The notes beneath the pieces are model-generated. The model had not been told where the DNA came from and ran no database searches. It saw only the letters and a list, made by a program, of their open reading frames with translations. Below are positions 41,113 to 50,871 of a stretch of DNA of 64,000 bases, in pieces. The stretch covers positions 9,384 through 73,383 of the forward strand of contig JAGBWK010000005.1 of assembly GCA_017629835.1 (NCBI GenBank), read 5' to 3'. Origin of the DNA: Muribaculaceae bacterium (lineage in GTDB: Bacteria; Bacteroidota; Bacteroidia; Bacteroidales; Muribaculaceae). A program made the translations under genes and the position numbers. Within the stretch, counting starts at the first letter, position 1. Each line of letters opens with the position of its first letter.

Positions 41113-41637
41113 ATGGACATAGTCAGCCGCCTAAAAAAATTCATGGAATTTGAAAAAGTAGCAAGCACTCAGTTTGCTGATCGCTGTGGAATTCCCCGCC
41201 CCACTGTTTCACAGATACTCAATGGTAGAAACAAAAAGATTAGTGACGAACTAATCGGCAAGATTCATGCAGCATTTCCCTCGTTATCCGTGTTATGGCT
41301 GATGTTTGGCGAGGGAGATATGAACGTCGCTTCAAATAACGAAATCTCAGAGCCTCAAAACCACGAAAAATTTGGCTTTTCGGAAACTCAAGACCCTGAA
41401 CACATGATATTTAGCGCTGACCAAATTGAATTTAATGCTGACCAGAAAAATGAGTCAGATAATTTCGGAGGGCTTTTTAGCGAAAATTTCAGTGCAAACC
41501 AGCCCAAAAATGCCTCAGAAAAAAATATTATCAAAAAAATTTCTGAAACATCCAGCGACTGCTACAAAAAAATCACAAGCATCGTTGTGTTCTACGACGA
41601 CAGCACATTCCAAACCTTCAACCCCTCCGCTCTCTAA
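41113..41637 (+). CDS. XRE-family helix-turn-helix protein
   Basis: QFADRCGIPRPTVSQILNGRNK, WLMFGEG, C-terminal KKITSIVVFYDDSTFQTF; ATG 41113 follows a TACATTTG promoter. Confidence 0.88.
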   Translation: MDIVSRLKKFMEFEKVASTQFADRCGIPRPTVSQILNGRNKKISDELIGKIHAAFPSLSVLWLMFGEGDMNVASNNEISEPQNHEKFGFSETQDPEHMIFSADQIEFNADQKNESDNFGGLFSENFSANQPKNASEKNIIKKISETSSDCYKKITSIVVFYDDSTFQTFNPSAL

Positions 41638-41751
41638 CATTGTGCGCACCAACACGAAGGCACAAATCAAAAAGAGCAAACGTAACGATGACAACAGCGC
41701 AAAAAAAACGATAAGCGCAAACATATCTCCACATACAAAGCTAACACATAC

Positions 41752-41787
41752 AAAAAAATCTCAGGCAATTAAAACCTGAGATTTTTT
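41752..41787. terminator. Bidirectional-type terminator after the HTH gene
   Basis: AAAAAATCTCAGG ... CCTGAGATTTTTT. Confidence 0.75.
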
Positions 41788-41848
41788 CATTATAGTATTG
41801 TGAAGATAGATGATGGGATTTTCGAGAGTTTTTTATAACTTTGTCATT

Positions 41849-42628
41849 ATGGAAAAGTATAACAAACGTATGGGCGATTTTCGGATTACCGAGAACGCCG
41901 CTATTGCCGAAAATTATTCATTATTGAAGCTTATTCCGGTCGAAGGATTGCTATCAGACAGCGCAATCCGTCCTGGTCAGTTTGTACAAGTTGTAACGCC
42001 TAACAATGCAACATATCTGCGACGTCCAATCTCGATATGCTACATTGACAATGACGCTAATGAGATGTGGCTTTTGATACGCAAAGCTGGCGACGGCACT
42101 CGTGCATTGTGCGACCAACCAAATGGCGCTACAATTAATATGATTTATTCGCTCGGCAACGGATTCGACCTGTCAGAAGCAGGCAGTTCTCCCCTTCTGA
42201 TTGGCGGTGGCGTAGGCGTAGCCCCTCTGCTCAATCTCGGAGCAGAGCTGAATCGTCAAGGAATCAAGCCTACATTCTTGCTCGGAGCGCGCTCAGCCAA
42301 AGATGTGCTATTAGCTGAAGAATTCGCCAAATATGGCGATGTACACGTTTCAACAGAGGACGGCTCAGCTGGCGAAAAGGGGCTCGTTACAACAAACACA
42401 ATACTCAATAGCGAGTTTACTCACATCTATTGCTGCGGGCCTATGCCAATGATGAAAGCTATTGCAAAAATAGCTCGCGAAAAATCAACCCCATGCGAAG
42501 TTTCGTTGGAAAACGTAATGGCTTGCGGTGTTGGTGCTTGCTTGTGCTGCGTAGAAAAGACCACAGCAGGCAACGTCTGCGTATGCAAGGAAGGTCCAGT
42601 ATTCAATATCGACCAACTACTTTGGTAA
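41849..42628 (+). CDS. pyrK: Dihydroorotate dehydrogenase electron transfer subunit
   Basis: PGQFV, LRRPISI, GGGVGVAP, CGP, MACGVGACLCC, VCKEGPVF; exact start uncertain. Confidence 0.95.
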   Translation: MEKYNKRMGDFRITENAAIAENYSLLKLIPVEGLLSDSAIRPGQFVQVVTPNNATYLRRPISICYIDNDANEMWLLIRKAGDGTRALCDQPNGATINMIYSLGNGFDLSEAGSSPLLIGGGVGVAPLLNLGAELNRQGIKPTFLLGARSAKDVLLAEEFAKYGDVHVSTEDGSAGEKGLVTTNTILNSEFTHIYCCGPMPMMKAIAKIAREKSTPCEVSLENVMACGVGACLCCVEKTTAGNVCVCKEGPVFNIDQLLW

Positions 42629-42648
42629 TCTAATTTAACGACTACATT

Positions 42649-43554
42649 ATGGCTAATCTTAATGTCAATATAGGTAATCTCTCTCTCAAAAACCCAGTGC
42701 TCACAGCGTCGGGAACTTTTGGCTACGGCGAAGAATTTGCCGATTTCATTGATTTAAACCGCCTTGGTGGTTTTATCGTCAAAGGCACTACATTAGAGCC
42801 ACGTCAGGGAAACGATTATCCTCGCATGGTTGAAACTCCTTCTGGTATGCTCAACGCAGTTGGACTCCAAAATAAGGGTGTTGAATATTTCATCTCAGAG
42901 ATATACCCACGCTTGCTGCAATACGATTCAGAAATCATCGTCAATATATCAGGCTCATCAATCGACGACTACCGCAAAGTTGCTGAAATGCTTGCGCCAC
43001 TCGACCGCATTCGCGCTATTGAAGTCAATATTTCGTGCCCAAACGTCAAATCTGGCGGTATGGCATTCGGCACCACCACCGAAGGGGCTGCCTCGGTTAC
43101 TAAAGCTGTGCGCGAAGCATTCCCTAAAACTCTTATTGTAAAGCTCTCGCCCAACGTAACATCTATTGCCGACATAGCACGCGCAGTTGAAGCCGAAGGT
43201 GCCGATTCCGTTTCTTTAATCAACACCCTTATGGGTATGGCGATTGATGTAGAACGCCAACGACCATACCTGTCAACTATTACAGGTGGACTCTCAGGCG
43301 CAGCCGTACGCCCAGTAGCGGTACGTATGGTATGGCAAGTGAGTAAGGCTGTGAAAATCCCTGTAATCGGGCTTGGCGGCATTATGAACGGTCGCGATGC
43401 TATAGAATTTATGCTTGCAGGAGCGAGGGCAATCGAGGTTGGCACAGCCAATTTCATCAACCCAGCAGTAACAGTTGAAATTGTTGACTACATGAACGAC
43501 TACTGCGAGCGCCACGGCGTCAAAGATATCAACGAAATAGTTGGAATGATCTGA
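42649..43554 (+). CDS. pyrD: Dihydroorotate dehydrogenase family 1B
   Basis: [37 protein letters not shown]. Confidence 0.96.
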   Translation: MANLNVNIGNLSLKNPVLTASGTFGYGEEFADFIDLNRLGGFIVKGTTLEPRQGNDYPRMVETPSGMLNAVGLQNKGVEYFISEIYPRLLQYDSEIIVNISGSSIDDYRKVAEMLAPLDRIRAIEVNISCPNVKSGGMAFGTTTEGAASVTKAVREAFPKTLIVKLSPNVTSIADIARAVEAEGADSVSLINTLMGMAIDVERQRPYLSTITGGLSGAAVRPVAVRMVWQVSKAVKIPVIGLGGIMNGRDAIEFMLAGARAIEVGTANFINPAVTVEIVDYMNDYCERHGVKDINEIVGMI

Positions 43555-43614
43555 TTTACAGAGCTTAGCTTCACCAACAAAAATTATCAATGTGAAGCTA
43601 ATACAAGCGGACAA

Positions 43615-43941
43615 TCAGAGCGAAACCAAGCTGGGCAAATCGCCACAACCTTCTGAATAATACAAATCTGAGGCTCGGAACATTGCATCAAGTTTAGCAA
43701 TAGCTTCTGAGCCTCCGTTATTCATTAACAATTCGATATCATCGAGGAGAAATTCATCGACTGAACTACGTCGTAAAATCGCCACTGAGTGCCCAGTATA
43801 GACTGTTGAGCATATTTCCTGCTCAAATGGAGAAACAACTACCCTTTCGCCGTCAAAATCGACTATAGAAAGAGGCATTACACCTGCATCGCATAAGATA
43901 TGCGGAGCCAACACCCTATGTTCCAACAATATAGTCGCCAT
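43615..43941 (-). CDS. Hypothetical protein
   Basis: 108-aa ORF 4 nt downstream of the preceding gene, same strand. Confidence 0.6.
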   Translation of the reverse strand: MATILLEHRVLAPHILCDAGVMPLSIVDFDGERVVVSPFEQEICSTVYTGHSVAILRRSSVDEFLLDDIELLMNNGGSEAIAKLDAMFRASDLYYSEGCGDLPSLVSL

Positions 43942-43945
43942 TTAA

Positions 43946-44821
43946 TTACCTATCAAATCGACGAAGCTGAACATTCGAGAAATCAGGCTTAGACGAATTA
44001 TCATCGTTAGTTATCCCCTGCTTATTCCTAAAAAGACGTCGCTGCTGCCCTCTTTGATTGTAGGTCGCGGGAATATTTCGAGTTCGTACGAGAGCCACAC
44101 TATCGGCAAAAATAACTTCGCCATACGCAGGCTCAAACGTAATGCTACCATATATCGATTCAGGTATTCGAGTTGAATCTGTTACCAAACGTATCTTTAT
44201 CCAACCCGCTTTTTCTGCACTGCTATTGCGGAATTCAATTTCGCCGTCGTCATACTCAGCCACTAAAATAGTGCTCGCTTTAGCATCTCCGTCCCTATGA
44301 TTGAGGAGTTTCAACTGAAGGGTATAGTTATCACCAGCTTGCCAGTTGTCGTCCTTATCATACTTAAACGTAATAAACTTCGACGGCAAATCGGAATTAA
44401 TACGATAGGTTGGCGAAAGAGTCCACACATCAATCGAGTCACCCGCTGCATATACAACAGTTTGCTTAGCCGACCGTTCTGCCCTGCGCGCATCCTCTTC
44501 CAATTGTGCAATCACATTATCATATATCTCAATATAATCTTCAATATGATTGCCATACCAAACAAACGACGTATCTACCTGCTCAGCAGTGACACCATGT
44601 TTGGCATAGATAGATTGCTTGAGAACTTTACGCATAGAATCATTATAGAACGAACTGCGCTGAAGATCAACCAACCCTTCCCCCATGTGAATATCTAACA
44701 ACAGAGAAGCCATTTCCTCTTTATCGAGCACATTGCTCGGCAATCGTGAGCAAGAACTCACGACAACTACTGCCAACAGCAAGGCAATTACTCGAACAAT
44801 TGACCTCTCTAATCTAAACAT
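43946..44821 (-). CDS. DUF4296-like lipoprotein
   Basis: Lipobox VVVSSC, MASLLLDIH, KHGVT..QVDTSFVWY; usual position after lspA. Confidence 0.8.
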   Translation of the reverse strand: MFRLERSIVRVIALLLAVVVVSSCSRLPSNVLDKEEMASLLLDIHMGEGLVDLQRSSFYNDSMRKVLKQSIYAKHGVTAEQVDTSFVWYGNHIEDYIEIYDNVIAQLEEDARRAERSAKQTVVYAAGDSIDVWTLSPTYRINSDLPSKFITFKYDKDDNWQAGDNYTLQLKLLNHRDGDAKASTILVAEYDDGEIEFRNSSAEKAGWIKIRLVTDSTRIPESIYGSITFEPAYGEVIFADSVALVRTRNIPATYNQRGQQRRLFRNKQGITNDDNSSKPDFSNVQLRRFDR

Positions 44822-44832
44822 TTCGTATATGA

Positions 44833-45519
44833 TTAATCTTTATTCTCGTTGGGCGTATCGTCATTCAAAGGCTGTCGTTTCAGCGACTCTTTGAGTAAAA
44901 CGAACGAATCGTTCATTTGTTTTGAGTAAAACAGAATAACACAGATAACGCCTACCGAAATAGCAGCATCAGCCACATTAAACACAGGGCTGAAAAACTC
45001 GAAGTATTCCCCTCCAACAAAGGGCACCCAGTCAGGCCAATAGAAATGGAACAGTGGGAAATGGAACATATCCACTACCATACCATGAAAGAGCGGAGCA
45101 TAACCACCTTCAGGAGGGAAAAGCGACGCTACCTCTGGTGGATATGGATTATTGAAAATCAACCCATAGAATAAGCAGTCAATAATATTGCCGATTGCAC
45201 CTGCGATAATCAAAGCCACACAGATAATAAAACCCTTCTTCAGCTTAGCATTGCGGAGCTTAACGACAGCGAAAATGACGCACGCCACAAACACAATGCG
45301 GAAGAGCGTTAAGAAAAATTTGCTCCCAATGGTCCAACCAAAAGCCATTCCCGGATTTTGGACAAAATTCAACTTAAACCATGAGAAAATTTCTAATTCC
45401 TCACCCCAGTAAAAGTTAAGTTTGACCCAAAACTTGAGGACTTGGTCGATTAAAACAACCATTAGGGCGACAAACAATGCAAGTCGTCCAGTTGTAAAAA
45501 ATCTATTTTCTTTTATCAC
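44833..45519 (-). CDS. lspA: Lipoprotein signal peptidase
   Basis: DQVLK, NPGMAFG, GAIGNIID, VVDMF, FNVAD. Confidence 0.96.
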   Translation of the reverse strand: MIKENRFFTTGRLALFVALMVVLIDQVLKFWVKLNFYWGEELEIFSWFKLNFVQNPGMAFGWTIGSKFFLTLFRIVFVACVIFAVVKLRNAKLKKGFIICVALIIAGAIGNIIDCLFYGLIFNNPYPPEVASLFPPEGGYAPLFHGMVVDMFHFPLFHFYWPDWVPFVGGEYFEFFSPVFNVADAAISVGVICVILFYSKQMNDSFVLLKESLKRQPLNDDTPNENKD

Positions 45520-45893
45520 CGTTTGTCAGTCTTTTGATCAACATTAAGTGTAGCATGAGGCACAGCGCGCAGACGTTCCTTTGGAATCAACTTACCAGTA
45601 TTGCGGTCAATTCCATAAGTTTTATTCTCAATTCTGACGAGTGCAGCTTGCAAATGCTGAATAAACTTTTGCTGGCGCATAGCTAATCTTCCAGCTTCTT
45701 CTTTACTCAATGTGCTCGCACCTTCTTCAAGAACTTTGAATGTAGGTGATGTATCAGAGATATCATTGCTATCTGAATTATTCATGCTACTGCGTAGCAA
45801 TTCAAAATCTTCTTTAGCTTTGTTGAGTTTATCCATGATGAGTTCTTTAAACTCCTGAAGCTCCTCATCTGAGTAACGCGTTTTTTCGCTCAT
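45516..45893 (-). CDS. dksA: TraR/DksA family transcription factor
   Basis: RYSDEELQEF, ALVRIENKTYG, TGKLIPKERLRAVPHAT; between ileS and lspA. Confidence 0.9.
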   Translation of the reverse strand: MSEKTRYSDEELQEFKELIMDKLNKAKEDFELLRSSMNNSDSNDISDTSPTFKVLEEGASTLSKEEAGRLAMRQQKFIQHLQAALVRIENKTYGIDRNTGKLIPKERLRAVPHATLNVDQKTDKR

Positions 45894-46055
45894 AATCAAA
45901 TTTTTATTATCGTTTGTTCATTGCTTAATAAACAAACTTTGTAATTGTTTAGATATTATATTTAAGGTAATCGCAATGACATTATTGCAAGCCAGCATCG
46001 AAAAGATGCTGTGTGCTATGGCTGATTATCTCAACTATAACACACAGATTTATGA

Positions 46056-49000
46056 TTACTGCTTTGTTACTGACACTTTGACCATTAAGCCGTCAATATC
46101 AAGCACTTCATCCTCTTGGGAGTCAACCGACGCTGCTATCGAGATTGAATTAGCGAGCACCTGATTTTTAATATATTCGCCAAAAGAATCTACAGCATCA
46201 TCGATAGCTTCATTCGACTCGACTACCACATTGATACGATCAGTAATATCGTAATCGCGGCTCTTACGAATGTTTTGAATTCGATTCACTAAATCGCGTG
46301 CAACGCCTTCGCGTCGTAGTTCATCAGTAATAGTGATATCGAGTGCGATTGTGACATTGCCTTCGTTAGCAACAAGCCAGCCCGGGATATCTTCAGAGAA
46401 GATTTCAACGTCGGCTGCATCGATTGTTGCAGGTACGCCTTCGATTTCGATTGTTATATTACCATTCTTTTCGAATTCAACAATCTCTTTCTGAGAAAGC
46501 GCTGTAATAGCAGCAGCTACCGACTTCATCTGCTTGCCAAATTTCGGACCAAGTTTCTTAAAGTCGGGCTTAACTTTCTTAACAAGCACACCGTCGTCGT
46601 TGCTTACAAACTTAAATCCTTTCACGTTGACTTCCGAAAGAATCAACTGCGACATTGCTTCAACAGCTTCGCGTTGTGCGTCATCTGCCACTGGAATCAT
46701 CAACGTAGATAGAGGCTGACGCACTTTGATATTAACTTTACGACGAAGCGCAAGCACCATTGATGTGATTGTCTGCGCAAGCGCCATGCTGTTTTCAAGA
46801 TTTGAGTCAATCAGCGACTGATTAGCAACTGGGAATTCTGACAAGTGAACTGACGAGCAGCCAGTCAAATCGCGATAAAGCATATCGGAGTAGAATGGCG
46901 CAAATGGAGCCATTAACTTAGCTACAGTCTTAAGACAGGTATAAAGTGTCTGATAAGCTGAAAGTTTATCTGCATTCATACCACCACCCCAGAAACGCTT
47001 ACGATTCAAGCGAACATACCAGTTACTGAGATTGTCGTTAACAAAATCGTTGATTGCACGAGCAGCACGAGTAGGCTCGTAGTCGTCAAGACTTTCGTCA
47101 ACTGTCTTAATAAGAGAGTTGAGCAACGAAAGAATCCAGCGGTCAATTTCGGGACGCTCGCAATCCGACAATTGAGGTTCTTCGCCTGTGAAGCCATCAA
47201 CATTGGCATACAGAGAGAAGAATGAATAGGTATTGTAGAGTGTAGCAAATAACTTACGCGAAACCTCTGTCACACCTGCTTCATCAAATTTCAAGTTATC
47301 CCAAGGCGAAGAATTTGATATCATGTACCAACGTACTGAATCTGAGCCATATTTTTCAATCGCTTCGAATGGGTTGACTGCATTGCCAAGACGTTTTGAC
47401 ATCTTGTTGCCATATTTATCGAGCACCAAACCATTAGAAATTACAGCCTTGAACGAATTTGTATCGAATATCATCGTTGCAATTGCATGGAGCGTAAAGA
47501 ACCAACCACGAGTTTGGTCAACACCTTCAGCAATAAAGTCGGCGGGGAACACTTCGCCATTGTCAACGTCAGCCTTATTTTCGAATGGGTAATGCTGCTG
47601 TGCGAATGGCATTGCACCTGAGTCAAACCAAACGTCGATAAGGTCTGTTTCACGATACATAGGCTTACCAGAAGGCGAAACCAATACTATATCGTCAACA
47701 TAGGGACGATGCAAATCAATCTTATCGTAATTTGCTTTCGACATATCGCCAAGTTGGAAGCCAGCTTCCTTGTAGGGATTAGTCTTCATATAGCCTTTAG
47801 CTACAGACTTTTCGATTTCGTTGTAGAGCGTTTCTACACTATCGATACAAACCTCTTCGAGTTCAGAGCCACTCTGGCGTGTACGCCAAATTGGGAGCGG
47901 TGTACCCCAATAGCGACTACGTGAGAGGTTCCAATCCTGAAGATTTTCGAGCCATTTGCCAAAACGTCCACTACCTGTAGCTGTGGGTTTCCACTTAATA
48001 GTGTTATTAAGCTCTATCATACGCTCTTTTACAGCAGTCGTTTTGATAAACCAGCTATCAAGTGGATAGTAAATTACAGGCTTATCAGTACGCCAACAGT
48101 GAGGATAGTTGTGGACATGCTTCTCTATCTTAAGCACCTTACCTTGCTGCTTAAGTTCAAGGCAGATGTAAATATTCAAGTCTTCAGCCTTATCGGCTGC
48201 TGCTTTATCGAACTTGCCACCGACATTAAATTCTGGAGCATAATCGTTCTTGACAAACTTACCCTGATAGCTTGAATAGAGCGCCATATCAATGCATTTA
48301 TCTACAAATGATTCAGCACACTCTTCGAGCAGATAATACTTACCTGTCAAATCGACCATAGGGCGAGTTTCTCCTGTCTTTGTAATCATAAAGAGCGAAG
48401 GTATGCCAGCAGCTTTAGCTACCTTGGCATCATCAGCACCAAATGTAGGCGCAATATGAACGATACCTGTACCGTCTTCTGTAGTAACATAATCGCCGGG
48501 GATTACTCTAAACGCTTCTGATGCCATTTCGACGAAAGTATCTGCACCCACTGTAAAGCATGCTTCGGGATGTGCTGCAGCATATTCTTTCACAAATTCA
48601 GCTGCATTATCATCAACCTTTGCACTTGGTTTCACCCATGGTTGCAATTGGCTATATTTAAAGCCAACAAGGTCAGCACCGATAAATTCCTTTACAATGC
48701 GGTAAGGCACTACCTTATCACCAACTGTGAATTCATCCATTGATGCTTCTGCGCCTTCAGCCTTGAAATAAGCATTGACACGCGCCTTTGCCATAATGAG
48801 CGACATCTTTTCGCCATTATATTGATTATAAGTTTGAACCAATACATATTCAATCTTTGGACCAACGCAAAGAGCTGTATTTGAAGGAAGAGTCCACGGA
48901 GTAGTAGTCCATGCTGCAAAATAGGGCGTACCCCACTGTTGCATTTCTTCAGTAGGATTCTCAACGCGGAAAAGAGCTGTACAAGTAGTATCTTTTACAT

Positions 49001-49607
49001 CGCGATAGCATCCTGGCTGATTCAATTCGTGAGAGCTAAGTCCAGTACCTGCACCGGGAGAATAAGGCTGAATGGTATATCCCTTGTACAAAAGCCCTTT
49101 ATTGTAGAGCTGTGCAAGCAGCCACCAAAGTGTTTCGATATATTTGTTATCATAGGTAATATATGGATTATCCATATCTACCCAGTATCCCATTTTATTG
49201 GTAAGGCTCTCCCACTCGTCGGTGTATTTCATCACCTCTTGGCGACAAGCCTTGTTATATTCTTCGATTGTGATTTTCTTGCCGATATCTTCTTTGGTTA
49301 TACCAAGCGATTTTTCAACGCCAAGCTCTACAGGAAGACCATGGGTGTCCCAACCAGCTTTACGCTTAACGTGGAATCCCTTCATCGTTTTATAACGGCA
49401 GAAAGTATCCTTAATAGTACGAGCAAGCACGTGGTGAATGCCAGGCATACCATTAGCCGACGGTGGTCCTTCAAAGAAAACGAACGACGGAGCGCCTTCG
49501 CGTTCCTTCAGACTTTGTTCGAATAGCTTATGCTCATTCCAATCAGCAAGGACTTGCTTATTGATATCCGAAAGGTTAAATTTGTTGTATTCAGGAAATT
49601 TCTTCAT
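46056..49607 (-). CDS. ileS: Isoleucine--tRNA ligase (IleRS2 type)
   Basis: EGPPSANGMPGIHH, GWDTHGLP, WTTTPWTLP, EGVDQTRGWF, KMSKR. Confidence 0.98.
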   Translation of the reverse strand: MKKFPEYNKFNLSDINKQVLADWNEHKLFEQSLKEREGAPSFVFFEGPPSANGMPGIHHVLARTIKDTFCRYKTMKGFHVKRKAGWDTHGLPVELGVEKSLGITKEDIGKKITIEEYNKACRQEVMKYTDEWESLTNKMGYWVDMDNPYITYDNKYIETLWWLLAQLYNKGLLYKGYTIQPYSPGAGTGLSSHELNQPGCYRDVKDTTCTALFRVENPTEEMQQWGTPYFAAWTTTPWTLPSNTALCVGPKIEYVLVQTYNQYNGEKMSLIMAKARVNAYFKAEGAEASMDEFTVGDKVVPYRIVKEFIGADLVGFKYSQLQPWVKPSAKVDDNAAEFVKEYAAAHPEACFTVGADTFVEMASEAFRVIPGDYVTTEDGTGIVHIAPTFGADDAKVAKAAGIPSLFMITKTGETRPMVDLTGKYYLLEECAESFVDKCIDMALYSSYQGKFVKNDYAPEFNVGGKFDKAAADKAEDLNIYICLELKQQGKVLKIEKHVHNYPHCWRTDKPVIYYPLDSWFIKTTAVKERMIELNNTIKWKPTATGSGRFGKWLENLQDWNLSRSRYWGTPLPIWRTRQSGSELEEVCIDSVETLYNEIEKSVAKGYMKTNPYKEAGFQLGDMSKANYDKIDLHRPYVDDIVLVSPSGKPMYRETDLIDVWFDSGAMPFAQQHYPFENKADVDNGEVFPADFIAEGVDQTRGWFFTLHAIATMIFDTNSFKAVISNGLVLDKYGNKMSKRLGNAVNPFEAIEKYGSDSVRWYMISNSSPWDNLKFDEAGVTEVSRKLFATLYNTYSFFSLYANVDGFTGEEPQLSDCERPEIDRWILSLLNSLIKTVDESLDDYEPTRAARAINDFVNDNLSNWYVRLNRKRFWGGGMNADKLSAYQTLYTCLKTVAKLMAPFAPFYSDMLYRDLTGCSSVHLSEFPVANQSLIDSNLENSMALAQTITSMVLALRRKVNIKVRQPLSTLMIPVADDAQREAVEAMSQLILSEVNVKGFKFVSNDDGVLVKKVKPDFKKLGPKFGKQMKSVAAAITALSQKEIVEFEKNGNITIEIEGVPATIDAADVEIFSEDIPGWLVANEGNVTIALDITITDELRREGVARDLVNRIQNIRKSRDYDITDRINVVVESNEAIDDAVDSFGEYIKNQVLANSISIAASVDSQEDEVLDIDGLMVKVSVTKQ

Positions 49608-49665
49608 ATTGAAATTCTGTATATGTGATTGTTATATTTTAATTCGCTTATTTTGAATTCGGAGG

Positions 49666-50841
49666 TTACTTCTTTATTCCACCTTTTACGCCACCACCCA
49701 TTGAGAATATATTCTGGTCGTAGCTGACTGTCTTCAAGCCTTGTTCACGCTTGCGTTTAATAGCGAGTTGCACAAGTTTATCCATTAGTTTGTCGAATGG
49801 CAAACCTGTTGCTTCCCACAAGTAGAAAGAAAGTGAGCCTGGGATAGTATTGATTTCATTTACATATATGTCGCGAGTATCGGCATCAACGATAACGTCA
49901 ACACGACTAACGCCATGGCATGAAAGCACTCTGAAAGTTTCCCCAGCTAAGAACTGAATGCGCTTAGTTTCATCCTCAGGGAGTTCTGCAGGGATACGTT
50001 TTTCTGAAGCTTGCATACCTTTAGCGCCCTTTGTTCCTCCCATATATTTATCTTCATACGATAGGATTTCTCCACTTTTGATAGGCTCTTCAAGCACCGA
50101 CATCTGGTAATCATCGCAATCGCCAAGCACTGAGCAATTAATTTCTTGAAGATTTTCAACCATTTTTTCAACCACCAAACGAGTTGAGTATTTTTCTGCT
50201 TCTTCAACGCGCTGCAAAAGTTGTTCACGATTAGCAGCTCTGCCAATGCCCACACTTGAGCCAAGATTAGCAGGCTTCACAATAACAGGATAACCGAGCT
50301 TATTTTCGATTTTTGCAACAAGTTCGTCACGCTGAGCAAACCATTGCTTATCGGTAAACCAAACGTAGTCTACTACAGGCACATCATTTGCTTGCAGTAT
50401 CATTTTCATTGTGATTTTGTCCATACCATTTGCCGATGCAAGCGTATTACATCCCGCAAAAGGAATACCTGTCGATTCTAAAACACCTTCAAAGATACCA
50501 TCTTCGCCATTTGAGCCATGCAACACCGGGATAACGACATCAAGTTTGCTTACTATAGAGCTACCAAACATCGATTTGTTTACCTTGTAAAGATTGTAAT
50601 CGCCATAAATAGGGCGCATATACACCTCTTGGCATTGCTTCAATAATTCTTGGATGTTTTTATAGTTCTTTACATCGAAAAGCAATTCGCCAGTAAACCA
50701 ACGACCATCTTTTGTAATGTATATAGGGGTTACGTCATATTTGTCGCGATTTATAGCATGCATCGCTTGCGAAGCGGAAATTACAGAGATTTCATGCTCA
50801 GTGGAGCGACCTCCAAAAAATACTCCGATATTGGTTTTCAT
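49666..50841 (-). CDS. ddl: D-alanine--D-alanine ligase
   Basis: GGRSTEHEIS, LHGSNGEDG, KPANLGSSVG, SYEDKY, NEINTIPG. Confidence 0.93.
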   Translation of the reverse strand: MKTNIGVFFGGRSTEHEISVISASQAMHAINRDKYDVTPIYITKDGRWFTGELLFDVKNYKNIQELLKQCQEVYMRPIYGDYNLYKVNKSMFGSSIVSKLDVVIPVLHGSNGEDGIFEGVLESTGIPFAGCNTLASANGMDKITMKMILQANDVPVVDYVWFTDKQWFAQRDELVAKIENKLGYPVIVKPANLGSSVGIGRAANREQLLQRVEEAEKYSTRLVVEKMVENLQEINCSVLGDCDDYQMSVLEEPIKSGEILSYEDKYMGGTKGAKGMQASEKRIPAELPEDETKRIQFLAGETFRVLSCHGVSRVDVIVDADTRDIYVNEINTIPGSLSFYLWEATGLPFDKLMDKLVQLAIKRKREQGLKTVSYDQNIFSMGGGVKGGIKK

Positions 50842-50871
50842 ATTTTGTTTTATATGGGATTCTTATATTGA

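Noticed and set aside
41515-41779. Hydrophobic minus-strand ORF and Lys-rich plus-strand ORF after the HTH gene
   Set aside because: Artefacts of an A-rich low-complexity tract overlapping the HTH gene and its terminator
48939-49526. 195-aa ORF antisense to ileS, and the many other short overlapping ORFs in the track
   Set aside because: Overlap well-supported genes and show no protein-like motifs
49666-50841. Van-type D-Ala-D-Lac ligase / vancomycin resistance
   Set aside because: Omega loop SYEDKY has the Tyr typical of D-Ala-D-Ala ligases; no vanH, vanX or vanRS nearby
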